Positions 1 to 17,715 of a DNA stretch of 64,000 bases are shown piece by piece (the stretch's first letter is position 1; every line of letters begins with the position of its first letter). Source of the DNA: Eledone cirrhosa (taxonomy: Eukaryota); contig CAXHJY010000656.1 in assembly GCA_964016885.1 (NCBI GenBank), positions 1 to 64,000 of the forward strand, given 5' to 3'. The notes under the pieces were generated by a model, which worked only from the letters and a program-made list of their open reading frames with translations, was not told the DNA's origin and ran no database searches. The position numbers were made by a program, and so were the translations under genes.

Positions 1-3290
<3,290 letters not shown>

Positions 3291-3937
3291 TCATCATCAT
3301 CATCATCATCAACGTTTAACGTCCGTGTTCCACGCTTGCATGGGTTTGGACGGGGGTAGTCCCACTTGAGGCAAGAGTGATTGTCTTGCTCGCATAGGAC
3401 TGTCTGGCAGGTTTTCTACAGTTGGATGCCCTTCCTAACACCAACCACATTTACAGTGTGGGTCTGGGAGGTTTTTACCGTGTTGCCTACACGGCCACAT
3501 TACAGCGTGGACTGTGTGTTTTTTTGTCGTGACACCTACACGATCTCATTTGTTTCGGCCTCGATGGCGCGGCACCAACATAACTTTACATAGAACGGGG
3601 TGGTGTGGATCGGGTGGGGGTGGTGGGACGGGGTGTATTTTGTTAGAGATGCCTACTGGCTGGAGTAGGTTTTACTATATATTTAGGTAAGGCGGGTCTT
3701 CTCTGTTACTGAGTACCGCCAAAGGTCTCGGTCCAGTGACATTGTCTTGGAGAGGTGTAAGTGTGTGATGTCGGAGTTTATCAGCTCGTCCCAGGTTTTT
3801 CTAGGTCTGCCTATTCCGTGACTACCGTCTATCTTTATTGCCCTGCACTTTGTTATACAGCTATCGACTTTCATGCGCATCACGTGTCCATACCAACGTA
3901 GCCTTCTCTCGAGTAAACAACATCTGATCCCTCTTAT
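3291..3937 (-). mobile_element. RTE-clade LINE family A, 5'-truncated 3' fragment with (GAT)n tail
   Basis: Minus-strand peptide [30 protein letters not shown] (RTE C-terminal GRP..TW motif); 3' UTR near-identical to copies at 43238 and 46730; (CAT)n at 3291-3310. Confidence 0.92.
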
Positions 3938-3952
3938 GATGATGATGATGAT

Positions 3953-3967
3953 ATGTATATATATATG

Positions 3968-4003
<36 letters not shown>

Positions 4004-4022
4004 ATATATTTATATATATATG

Positions 4023-4056
<34 letters not shown>

Positions 4057-4063
4057 ATATATG

Positions 4064-4097
<34 letters not shown>

Positions 4098-4104
4098 ATA
4101 TATT

Positions 4105-4152
<48 letters not shown>

Positions 4153-4171
4153 ATATATGTATATATATATG

Positions 4172-4203
<32 letters not shown>

Positions 4204-4271
4204 ATATATGTATATATATATGTATATATATATATATATTATATATATATTTATATATGTATATATATATG

Positions 4272-4303
<32 letters not shown>

Positions 4304-4754
4304 ATATATGTATATATATATGTATATATATATATATAATATATGTGTATATGTATATATATAATATATGTGTATATGTATATATATAATATATGTGTAT
4401 ATGTATATATATAATATATGTGTATATGTATATATATAATATATGTGTATATGTATATATATAATATATGTGTATATATATATATATAATATATGTGTAT
4501 ATGTATATATATAATATATGTGTATATGTATATATATAATATATGTGTATATATATATATAATATATGTGTATATATATATATATAATATATGTGTATAT
4601 ATATATATATATGTGTATATGTATATAATATATGTGTATATATATATATATAATATGTGTATATGTATATATATATGTGTATATGTATATATATATATAT
4701 AATATATGTATACATATATATATAATATATGTGTATATATATATATATATATAA

Positions 4755-4790
<36 letters not shown>

Positions 4791-5093
4791 ATGTGTATAT
4801 ATATATATATATATAATATATGTGTATATATATATATATATATAATATATGTGTATATATATATATATATAATATATGTGTATATATATATATATATAAT
4901 ATATGTGTATATATATATATATATAATATATGTGTATATATATATATATATATAATATATGTGTATATATATATATATGTATATATATAATATATGCGTA
5001 TATATATAATATATGTGTATATATATATATATGTATATATATAATATATGTTTATATATAATATATGTTTATATATAATATATGTATATATAT
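3953..5093. repeat. (TA)n microsatellite with TATTATAT and TAATATATGTG variant units
   Basis: Directly visible. Confidence 0.97.
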
Positions 5094-7007
5094 AAATTCA
5101 AGCATGTTTTACAACGTGAGGACCAGAAACAGGAGGTATTCAAGATTGCGAGGCAGTGTGTCAGAGATAGTTGTGATGTCATTGGAGAGAAGTGTATCCG
5201 GAATGATAAAGGTGAGCTTGCCCTCACAAGTGCTGAGAAGAAAGATGCATGGAAGAGTCATTATGATAGATTACTAAATGAGGAGAATGCATGGGAAGAA
5301 GAGACCCTACCCCACGTAGACCCTATAGAGGGACCAGCAGTACAAGTCAGCGGCAGCGTAGTAAGTAAGGCAATCAGAGATATGAAGATAGGGAAGGCAA
5401 CCGGTCCATCGGGTATAGCTGCCGAGATGCTGAAGGCATCTGGGTCTGTAGGTCACACTATAACCACACGTATCGTTAACCAGGTAATACTAGAGGGGGC
5501 CATACCAAAAGATTGGTGCAGTAGCATCATTGTCAACTGCTACAAAGGTAAAGGCGATGCACTAGATAGAGGAAACTATACAGGTATAAAGTTGATGGAC
5601 CAGGTCATGAAAGTAACAGAAAGAGTTATAGCACAGCTGATTAGGGACCGGGTGAATATAGACGAGATGCAATTTGGGTTTGTACCAGGGAAAGGCACCA
5701 CTGATGCGCTCTTCCTTGTGAGGCAATTACAGGAAAAGTACCTAGCTAAAAGTAAGCCACTCTACTTGGCATTTGTCGACCTTGAGAAAGCCTTTGACAG
5801 AGTTCCACGTGCAGTAATCTGGTGGGCTCTTAGAAAACTAGGAGTAGATGAATGGCTTGTGAAAGCGGTACAAGCCATGTATAGGGGAGCAGTCAGCAAA
5901 GTTAGGATTGGCAATGAGTATAGCGAGGAATTTAGCGTACAGGTTGGGGTCCACCAGGGCTCTGTTCTTAGCCCTCTCCTGTTCATCATAGTCCTGCAGG
6001 CAATAACGGAGGAGTTTAAGACCGGATGCCCATGGGAACTCCTGTATGCTGATGACCTCGCACTCATAGCTGAATCTATGGTAGAACTAGAGAATAAATT
6101 CCAAACCTGGAAGCAGGGACTAGAGAGAAAGGGCCTCAAAGTCAACATGACAAAGACTAAGGTCCTTATAAGTAGACGAGAAAACAGAACCCAGATCCCC
6201 TCAGGGAAATGGCCTTGCTCAGTATGTAGGAAAGGTGTAGGTAGGAACTCCATTCTTTGCCCCAAATGCAAACAATGGGTACACAAGAGATGTAGCGGGA
6301 TCTCAGGAAGCTTAATTAAGAATGTAGGATTCACATGCAGCAGCTGTGCTGAAACAGCAAGCAAACAGCCACAGGAAACAAGTACCACCAATCTCTGGGA
6401 GGGCCCTGTAGAAACAGTAGACAGCTTCTGCTACCTAGGTGACCGAATTAGCAACGGAGGTGGGTGCTCAGAAAGTACAATAACTAGGGTAAGAACGGGA
6501 TGGAAGAAGTTTAGGGAACTACTACCACTGCTAGCTGCAAAAGGCTTCTCCCTCAGAATGAAAGGCAGACTGTATGATGCGTGTATCCGAACAGCGATGT
6601 TGCATGGTAGTGAGACCTGGGCGCTGAAGGTGGAAGACTTACGTAGATTAGAGAGAAACGAAGCCTGCATGCTCCGATGGATGTGTAACAGTAATATACG
6701 TGAACGACAAAGCATAAATGAATTGAGAGAGAGACTGAGCATAAGAGGAATCAAATGCTGCGTGCAGGAGAGGCGGTTACGCTGGTATGGACATGTGATG
6801 CGTATGAAGGATGACAGCTGCATAAAAAGGTGCAGAGCACTAGAAGTTGATGGAAACCGTGGAGTGGGGAGACCCAAGATGACTTGGGATGAGGTGATAA
6901 AAGCCGACCTTACCCAACTACACCTCTCAAAGTCAATGACACACGACCGTGACTTCTGGCGTCACGCAGTAATACAGGGTACCCGACCTCCCATGGGTAC
7001 ATGCTGA
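5094..7007 (+). CDS. Partial LINE ORF: reverse transcriptase with inserted PHD-type finger and RTE C-terminus (endonuclease missing)
   Basis: Motifs [55 protein letters not shown]; uninterrupted frame. The listed start Met lies in the microsatellite. Confidence 0.9.
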   Translation, partial: KFKHVLQREDQKQEVFKIARQCVRDSCDVIGEKCIRNDKGELALTSAEKKDAWKSHYDRLLNEENAWEEETLPHVDPIEGPAVQVSGSVVSKAIRDMKIGKATGPSGIAAEMLKASGSVGHTITTRIVNQVILEGAIPKDWCSSIIVNCYKGKGDALDRGNYTGIKLMDQVMKVTERVIAQLIRDRVNIDEMQFGFVPGKGTTDALFLVRQLQEKYLAKSKPLYLAFVDLEKAFDRVPRAVIWWALRKLGVDEWLVKAVQAMYRGAVSKVRIGNEYSEEFSVQVGVHQGSVLSPLLFIIVLQAITEEFKTGCPWELLYADDLALIAESMVELENKFQTWKQGLERKGLKVNMTKTKVLISRRENRTQIPSGKWPCSVCRKGVGRNSILCPKCKQWVHKRCSGISGSLIKNVGFTCSSCAETASKQPQETSTTNLWEGPVETVDSFCYLGDRISNGGGCSESTITRVRTGWKKFRELLPLLAAKGFSLRMKGRLYDACIRTAMLHGSETWALKVEDLRRLERNEACMLRWMCNSNIRERQSINELRERLSIRGIKCCVQERRLRWYGHVMRMKDDSCIKRCRALEVDGNRGVGRPKMTWDEVIKADLTQLHLSKSMTHDRDFWRHAVIQGTRPPMGTC

Positions 7008-7317
7008 AGCATATAAACAATATGCCCCCCCCCCCCCCCCCCCACCGCAAGGTGGTCGTGGAGGTGCCACGGCAAAAAAGCACCCAGCCCACACTGTAAA
7101 GTGGACGTGTAGGCGCCACGAAAAAGCACCCAGCACTCACTGTAAATGAGGTTGGTGTTAGGAAGGGCATCCAGCTGTAGAAATCAAGCCAGATCAGTTC
7201 CTGTATGAGCAAGGCATGGTCAGCCGACCAGACACTGCCCACAACAGGACAACCCGTCTAACCCATGCTAGCGTGGAAGAACTGACGTAAAACGGTGATG
7301 ATGATGATGATGATGAT
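5094..7317 (+). mobile_element. RTE-clade LINE family B, 5'-truncated, with 3' UTR and (GAT)n tail
   Basis: Open RT frame to 7007, then 3' UTR with poly-C (7025-7043) and GATGATGAT tail (7297-7317); flanked by microsatellite on both sides. Confidence 0.95.
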
Positions 7318-8180
<863 letters not shown>

Positions 8181-9070
8181 TACTCTTTTACTCTTTTACC
8201 TGTTTCAGCCATCCGGCTGAGGCCATGCTGGGGCACCGCCCTTGTTGCTACACATTTTATCTCCAGCCTGTATAGGTTGGCCACTGGTGTAGGAGGGAGT
8301 TTGTTGCTGCTGCCCTTAGGTTTCCCTCGTGTCTTGCTGTGGGCTCATCCGGGATCCTGGATAACAAGGTGTCGAGATGTTTCTTAAAGACATCCACCTC
8401 CACGTCATGCAAGTCTCGCAGATGCCTCGGCAGCCTGTTGAAGAGTTGAGGGCCCTTGAATCCCAGGCTATTGCAATACCTGTTCCTTATTCTAGATGTG
8501 GAAGACGGGACCTTTGGCACCACACAGTGACGTCCTGTTCGACGGTTGGTCCAGCTCCCAATGCCAAAGTTTGGTGCTAGTCCCTCCAGGATTTTCCACA
8601 TGTAGATCACTGCGTATCTCTCCCGTCTTCGCTCCAAGGAGTAGAGGTTCAGTTCCTTCAGCCTCTCCCAGTAGCTTGTCTCCCTCATCTTGGCAATCCT
8701 CTTGGTGTAGCTTCGCTGGATTGCCTCAAGCTCTGTGGTTAGTTTGACACTATGGGGTGACCACAGCTGGGAGCAGTAGTCCAGGAGGCTTAGGACAAAA
8801 GTCCTCCACAGTGTCAACATGGTGTCTCGATCTCTTGTAAGGAAAGTCCTCAATATCCAGCCAGCGAATCGTCTACATGCTGTCGCCACCTTCATGATGT
8901 GTGAAGAAAAAGATGCATCATCGCTCATGTCTATGACCAGGTCTCGTATCGATTTTGACACGGGGATATCGGTCCCTCCTGGTCCTGTGTAGCTGTGTTC
9001 CGCTATATTTGTGTTTGTGTTTGCAGGTTTGTATTGTAGGGCTTGGAATTTGCCAGCATTAAACTGCATG
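8181..9070 (-). mobile_element. CR1-group LINE 3' fragment (RT thumb/C-terminus plus short 3' UTR)
   Basis: Peptide MQFNAGKF..RDL..LDYCSQLWSP..LEAIQRSYTK..YWERLKELNLYSLERRRER, typical of CR1/L2-group C-termini; stop at 8257; ends in GTAAAAGA-type tandem tail. Confidence 0.88.
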
Positions 9071-10774
<1,704 letters not shown>

Positions 10775-10876
10775 AATTGTTTCTACTTTAGGCACAAGGC
10801 CAGCAATTACCCAGTACATTACTGGTACTTTATTTTATCGACCCCGTAAGGATGAAAGGCAAAGTTAACCTCGACG
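10775..10876 (-). mobile_element. SINE family 1, 3' part
   Basis: Reverse complement of ACTTTGCCTTTCATCCTTACGGGGTCGATAAAATAAAGTACCAG...GTAGAAACAATT, repeated about 11 times in the window. Confidence 0.85.
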
Positions 10877-10888
10877 ATATAATATATG

Positions 10889-10928
<40 letters not shown>

Positions 10929-11139
10929 TGTATATGTATATGTATGTATATGTGTATATATATGTATGTATATGTGTATATATATATATGTATGTGTATA
11001 TATATGTATGTATATGTGTATATATATGTATGTGTATATGTATATATGTATGTATATGTGTATATATATATATGTATATATATATATATGTATGTGTATG
11101 TGTATATGTATATATGTGTATATGTATATATATATATAT
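10877..11139. repeat. (TA)n/(TATG)n microsatellite
   Basis: Directly visible. Confidence 0.95.
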
Positions 11140-11523
11140 TCAGTGCGCTATCATCGCGCTCTTGTATAAAACGAGGAACCTTTTTTGGGCATCTTGCGCA
11201 CGAAAATTGTTTCTTTATCATCTAGTTGTTTCGTGGTGGAGGGGGACCTTTCATACAATTGCTGTGAATGTGTGTATGTTGTAATCATACTAGTATCACA
11301 CTTATTTATCCTGGTGAGATACAGATGTGAAGCCGAGGAAGAATATTGCTAATCATATTTGTTTGTTTTTTTTGTTTTGAGTAGGAATTTAGGGTTATTC
11401 TCTGAAGTGACCTCAATACTAATAGGGTTGCGCTGTTTCATTTACTTAGTGAAATAAATGTCAATATATAACACATTCTATTTCTATTTCAGAACTACAC
11501 ATACACTATAACACATTTGATTT

Positions 11524-11556
<33 letters not shown>

Positions 11557-12247
11557 CTATGTCAAGATACAAGCAACCCAACACATTCTTTTACTATGTG
11601 ATACACACGTACCTCTGATTATCACATATCTATGCAGTCATGTCTCGGGTTAAAATTTCTCGTACATAAAGTTTACTTCGATAACTCTGTGCAACCAGTT
11701 ACACACAGATATATAACATTTAGCCAAGATATATATTCTATGGGTCACATACACTACTGCTTGGTTGATTTAGTACAAGATAAATGTTTGTGTTAAATAG
11801 CAGCAGAAAACTTGCCATTATATCTCACGTTCTCTTTCGTCTTAGTCTGCTATCATCTTTCACTAAATAACCAATACACGTCACAATTTACCATTTAATC
11901 TCAGGTTTCCACTACACAAAAACATGGTTGTATATAGATATAGTTACTATAAAAATGACACCATTTATATCGATTAAAACCAATTAACTAATCGAATATT
12001 CGGAGTTCCTTAAAATTTGTTAATAACTACTAAACATTGACTTTATACGATTAGTGTTATTAATGTATATTTTAAGATGTTTAATTGCAGCGGAATGATT
12101 TAAAATGTTTTGATTTAGTACAATGTCAATTTCTGTAGGAAGAAGTAACTGATAATCAAGAGCACTAACGTAGCGTGATTCATATTAGAGGTATGCACGA
12201 TCACAACTTAAAACATTCATAGCGAGACTCTCATACATATTGTATAT

Positions 12248-12436
12248 CAGGCATGTCAAACATGCGGCCCTTTACAAGTTCACCTGCGACCCGCACAAAA
12301 GTTTTTACAGCGCGAGCATGTTTTATCTTCGTAATATAAAAAAAATAATTGTTGTAATGTGCGCAATTAGTTGTGTGGCCCTCAGACAACACATGTGACC
12401 CATGTGGTCCTCGGCACCCTCAGTTTGACATGCCTG
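12248..12436. mobile_element. hAT-type MITE (Charlie-like)
   Basis: 14-bp perfect TIR CAGGCATGTCAAAC / GTTTGACATGCCTG; flanks TTGTATAT and TTGTATTA (6/8 match, degenerate 8-bp TSD); internal TGCGGCCC-type motifs. Confidence 0.8.
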
Positions 12437-13063
12437 TTGTATTATCCTGTTATGGCTATCGATATTTAAACTGAGAATGAACGCGGGAGTATTAAGCACA
12501 TAGCTATTGTAATTCTTTACCGAGGGCACCAGCCTCTGATCAGGTTGCTTGATTTGTTAGAAACAACGGTCAAATTCCCTCAGACATACTCTGTCTTCAC
12601 AAAAAATATGTAAGGGTCTTGGTTCGGATAATTTTAAATCACATGTCGGCACAAACTACAGTTTAGTGCCCCCACCCCGACGTTGTTTCATCACAACTCT
12701 CTTAATAATGTATATTTTTACAATTTTAAATTGCAGATATACTTTTCCTAGAGTGTAGAGAACAATTATGTTGATGCAATAAAAGACCCCCTCCCCTGGA
12801 TCTCCAACAATTCTACGTTCCTGTAGAACATGTCACATTATCCCGATTGATATTCATTATCGACATAAAATTGGAGGACCTGATGAGGACATTTCTGAGT
12901 TTATATTTAGCTTACTACAAAGTCCTCACTCAATATATGAAAGCATTGACAAACAACTATATACAATATTGAATTAACAAAAAATTAAATTAAATTAATC
13001 ATTTATTTTATCAAGATAGTCGTAATTTACACAATGGAAAACATTTACATAGTTTAATTAAAT

Positions 13064-13165
13064 AATTGTTTCTACTTTTGGCACAAGGCCAGCATATACT
13101 CAGTGTATTACTGGTATTTTATTTTATCGACCCCCGTAAGGGTGAAAGGCAAAGTTAACCTCGGC
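13064..13165 (-). mobile_element. SINE family 1, 3' part
   Basis: Homologous to 10775-10876. Confidence 0.8.
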
Positions 13166-13528
13166 ATAGAATAAAAGGGTTTTGTTTGATTGATCTGTGA
13201 ACATATCCGGAGGCAGAGAGAGAGAGATGTTTGTGTAGGTTGTTATATTAGGACAACAATAAATAAATAATTGTGATGTCTTCATGACATTTTAATACAA
13301 TGAATTATTAATAAAATAAATTATTATATTCACTAAGTTTATATAGATTAAGCAGTATATCTGTGGATATTGATATTTCTGTCTGCAAGCATCTTAGGCA
13401 CAGAGTTGGTCGGCATAAAATATAAGGACTGAAATATTTGTAAGAATAGTTCTACAGAAAAAATAGTTCTGAGAGAAAATAAAACCGTTTGATGTTGGGT
13501 GTTGGATGTTTAGTTACTTGTCATATCA

Positions 13529-13647
13529 TTCTGAGTTCAAATTCCGCCGAGGTTAACTTTGCCTTTCATCCTTACGGGATCGATAAAATAAAGTACCAGT
13601 AATGTACTGAGTAATTGCTGGCCTTGTGCTAAAAGTAGAAACAATTA
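13529..13647 (+). mobile_element. SINE family 1, B-box onward
   Basis: CTGAGTTCAAATTCC B-box followed by the conserved core and GTAGAAACAATT end. Confidence 0.85.
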
Positions 13648-13843
13648 TTTTTCTTCATATTTCTCCTCTGAATATGTATAATTTGTATATTTAGGAATTA
13701 GAAGTGCCTTCGACATAGCACTAGTTTTACATTAACTGTAATGTTCACGTGTCTTCTCAACCAGAACAGCTACAAGTCTGCTTACTGTGTCATCACCATA
13801 ACTTTAACACTCTACGGTCGCTAAAAGGATGTTATTATTCATT

Positions 13844-14151
13844 CCGAGGTTGACTTTGCCTTTGCCTTTCATCCTTACGGGGTCGATAAAATAAAGTACC
13901 AGTAATGCACTGGGTAATTGCTGGCCTTGTGCCTAAAGTAGAAACAATTATTCATTAGGGCGGTGGATTGGCAGTATCGGTAGAGGGTCGGACGCCATGC
14001 CTTCCAGCATAGTTACGTCCCTTTACGATCTGAGTTCAAATCCCGCCGAGGTTGACTTTGCCTTTGCCTTTCATCCTTACGGGGTCGATAAAATAAAGTA
14101 CCAGTAATGCACTGGGTAATTGCTGGCCTTGTGCCAAAAGTAGAAACAATT
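13844..14151 (+). mobile_element. Tandem pair of SINE family 1: truncated copy (13844-13950) and full-length copy (13958-14151)
   Basis: Full copy has tRNA-like A box TGGCAGTATCGG and B box GAGTTCAAATCCC; core GACTTTGCCTTTCATCC..GGTCGATAAAAT..GTACCAG resembles the Meta-type conserved SINE domain (family assignment tentative). Confidence 0.88.
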
Positions 14152-14554
14152 ATTCATTAAGGGGCTATTTTATTCATTTGACGATATTTCCTATGAATTG
14201 TGGCTTATAATTTTAGAGGTTAGCAACTAGAGTTCAAATCCTCGTTGGAACTCTTTCACTTTTCTTGGCTATTGCCCTTGAAATGCACGAATACCGCATA
14301 ATCTCAGTTTGTCTCCTGATAGTCTGAAGCCCCATAATATTTGTTTATGAAATCAAGGTTTTATAAATCAATAGGAGTAGCAATAACAATTCTTTTTAAC
14401 TAAACACAAGACCAGTCTTGGAGTAAACAATACTAAAAAAGAAATAAGGGTAGTTAATTGATAGGGTTTGTTAGAATTTTTAAAGGTTTAAATTGTTTTG
14501 AACGAATATAGCCCGTTTTCTGTTCCCCCACCCGACTCGCAGACGAGTCTAATA

Positions 14555-14725
14555 ATTCTTTCTACTGACACAAGGTCAGCGATTTGACGGGAAGGGGAAA
14601 GTCGATTAAATCGATTCAGTGCATTACTGGTGCTTTATTTTATCGACCCCGTAAGGATGCAAGGCAAAGCAAACCTCGGCGGGATTTGAACTCAGAACGT
14701 AGAGGGCCGTAACTATATGCCGCTA
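14555..14725 (-). mobile_element. SINE family 1 relative (diverged)
   Basis: TATCGACCCCGTAAGGATG..AAAGGCAAAG..CCTCGGCGGGATTTGAACTCAGA. Confidence 0.78.
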
Positions 14726-14835
14726 TGTTCGATGTATATTTTTATTATTATACCACCTACTCGGCCAGTATAATAATAAAAATATACTATAGTTAACTGA
14801 ACTTGTTATATCTGTAGGCATGTAATTTATCGAGC

Positions 14836-14953
14836 CTTTACGTTCTGAGTTCGAATCCCACAAAATTAAGTACTAGTCAAGCACTGGAGCCAGTGTAATG
14901 TACTTAGCTCCCTCTCATCCCAATTTGCTGGTCGTGTGCCTAAATTAGAAACC
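14836..14953 (+). mobile_element. SINE family 1 relative, internally deleted
   Basis: TTCTGAGTTCGAATCCC B-box and TTGCTGGTCGTGTGCCTAAATTAGAAAC end. Confidence 0.65.
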
Positions 14954-16014
14954 CTTTCTTTCATCAAATCTTCTGTGTGTCTGTGTTAAGAGAATTTTTT
15001 TTATTAATACACCCGTATTTAAATTTAAGGGTAGTTAAAGCTCGGTTAGAATTTTGATGGTGAAATTTGTTTTTCTTATGATTTTTTTATATGATTTTGA
15101 CTTCCACCCGAAAACTCTATAACACCCATCTCTGAGACGGGCGTAGTAACAACAATTTACCGAAGATTTTATCTTTGGATACCGTATAAAGCATTGCTGC
15201 TTGTGTGTCTGTGTGTGCCGTTACCCGAAGAGGTAGCAGTAACAGCAAAAGAAATTGTCACAATTAGATGGAGACTGTCAGTCAGCATCTGTATGCGGGC
15301 AGTCTTGCTTAAGGTATCCCCTTCCCACCCCATCTTTGTCCTTTTTATACTTACCTCTAGCCTCCTCCTCATTTTTCCGTTGATTTTAAAACTGGAAATA
15401 TACAATAGGAATTGTGCTTTCCCCTCGTTTCTTTGTATATTTAGAATCGTTTAATTCAGTGTAGTAGTAGTAGTAATAATAACAATGGTGGATAGTAAAA
15501 CTGGTGTTAGGTTTCTGTTTCACACACACTCATGCGTATACGATTACATATACAATGTGTGAGTGATCATAAATTATATATATAACTCGCACACATGTAT
15601 ATAATCAGGCGCGCGCGCACACATATACGCATGAGAAAGAGAGAAGACCTTTGAGAAATATCTTTTTTTATCATGGGGTACAAACTTTCGGGTATTCTGT
15701 CTTTTCAGTAAATACTAACGTTTTTTCTTGAGATCCCAGGAAAATACCTCACCCCCAGTGGCGGATTTAAGGAATAGGGCCCAGTCGGCATTGGTCAGTA
15801 AGGGGGCCCCAGAGTGAAAATTAAAGTACCTTCTTTTCGAGCGAGTATTGAAAGATTTTTTTTTTAATTTCCCATTTAGCTACCAATAATCATTAAGAAG
15901 ACAATTAAATTACAAGTACACTTTATTTGAAACAAACAAACAGATGTGCTGTACTGTAAACAAATAATAAAGTAATAAAGTTGTATATATGTTAGTCTTT
16001 TACACAAATTGCTT

Positions 16015-17700
16015 TTACATGCGCAGACCTCTGCGAGCTTTAACAGTTGAAAAATGAGTTATAGCGTGGTCCAAGTTTACTGATTTAGTAATTTTGTTTT
16101 CAATTGCCAGCAGGGCAAAACTGGATAGCCTCTCCTGGCCCATCGTTGAATGAAGATAATTTTTAATTCTTCGTAGAACACTGAAAGAGCGCTCCGCACT
16201 TGCTATGCCAATTGGTAAAGTGAGAAATAGCCTTACCAGAATTTCAAACTCGGGAAAGACATCACACAAGTCATTGTTCAGTAAAAATTTCAGATATGGC
16301 ATAACCCCACTTTGTTTTAAAGCTGCGTTTGGCTGTGAAAAGTAGAGGCCAATGAAAGAAAAGAGTTCATTTCTGAGTGTGAATTCATTTGGAAAGTTAT
16401 CTACCAATGTTGCTACATGTGTTTTTAGTTCATCATCTGAGCATTTAGCCAGTCGATTTGGACTCAAAAATCCAAAGATTGAAGATATTTTTTTTATTCC
16501 TTCAGTTCGGGCTCTCATCTCCCCAATCACACTATCCAGTGATTGAAAATAAATTGCAGTGTGATATCTATCTGAAGCAGTAGCTAGTCTTTCAACACCA
16601 CAAACTTCACCATCCATAATCTTTCTTCTCCTTACTCGCGTTATTTTAAAATCAGCTTCAGATGCATTAAATCCCACGTCATTCCAGGCTTTCTTTGCCT
16701 GGTCCACAAATTGTTCAAATTTGTGATCGCATCTGAGTTCTTCCAATTTATCTGTTGAATGTTCAAAGCACTCAGTCACAAGGAATAAATCAATTGTCTT
16801 AGCTTGTAGAAGACGATTAGCTGAATTCATATTTTCTAACACTTTGTTCCACCAAAGTAGAGATAGGAAAAAAGTCCAGTCCATTTTCCCTTGCAAATCA
16901 GTTGCCTGTTTTACTTCATTTGAGTCATGATTATCTTCTATCAAATCTGCCAGACATTCACTGACATTGTGATGTCAGTGAATCACAGATGCTCCATCAT
17001 ATGCCTGTCCTTTAAGATGTTTGCGCTGCAAGCCAAGTTCTTCAAACAATGCCTTTTCAATGACACTGGTAATACCAATTGCACTAGCATCAAGGACATG
17101 ATAATATCCAACAAAGTGTTCTACAATTTCCACTGACTTTTCAAGTCTGTCAATTTTTATAAATCTCAATAGCACCGCCATTTGGTCCTTATGACTTATA
17201 TCAGTTGTAGAATCAGCAATCACAGTGAAAAATTTGGCTTCCTTGCAAAGATCAACAATTTTGTCAAGTGTCATTTTTGAAAGAATCTGGACTTGTTCCT
17301 CAAAGATAGTTTTGCTCAGATATTTGAGTTGTCCCTTGTCCTCAAAATGTTGTTTAAGAATAGGATCGATTGTGCTTATGTGCCTTAATATTGATAAGTA
17401 CACACCTGGATTATCAGCATCCAAGGATTCTCTATGACCTCTTAGTGGCAATCCTAGGCATGTAAGTTCTTGTAAAAGTCCGAACTGATGATTAAGAACA
17501 TATTTCCATTTTTGAACTTCTGCATCCATTTGTTTTTTCACTGACACTCCAATGGACATATTCTTGGCGAACTGTTTATAGGCATATACTGCTCTGTGAT
17601 GAATTTTTGATTGAGAGTGTTTTTCAATGCTTTTGGAAATGTGCTTCCAATCATTCATACTCTTTGACCATGGCGAGTTTTTGGCCTCTTCATCACCAAA
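16015..17700 (-). pseudogene. hAT transposase (ZMYM1/Tip100-like, DUF4371 plus C-terminal dimerisation region), disrupted
   Basis: LPLRGH, IADSTTDISHKDQ, GQAYDGAS, then LTLPIGIASAERSFSVLRRIKNYLHSTMGQERL. The two ORFs share one frame separated by a single TGA (16975-16977); the CxxH and RW motif region is absent. Confidence 0.9.
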
Positions 17701-17715
17701 TAACCATAATTACCT

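Noticed and set aside
5762-6877. Antisense ORFs overlapping LINE RTs (also 21168-22834, 52941-55657, 61431-63606)
   Set aside because: Shadow frames of the retroelement coding strand with no independent motifs.
11140-11330. Possible promoter or first exon (CpG-containing patch, TATAAAA at ~11165, CTG|GTGAGA)
   Set aside because: These motifs are expected by chance in AT-rich DNA; no linked coding sequence.
12880-12930. CTGATGAGGAC..GTCCTCA hammerhead-like start
   Set aside because: No GAAA after the stem and no stem III or cleavage triplet.
13958-14050. tRNA gene
   Set aside because: A and B boxes are present but there is no cloverleaf; it is the head of a multi-copy SINE.
15169-15454. Short ORFs and a donor-like AAG|GTATCC
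   Set aside because: No recognisable protein similarity; the ATG frame closes after 15 codons.
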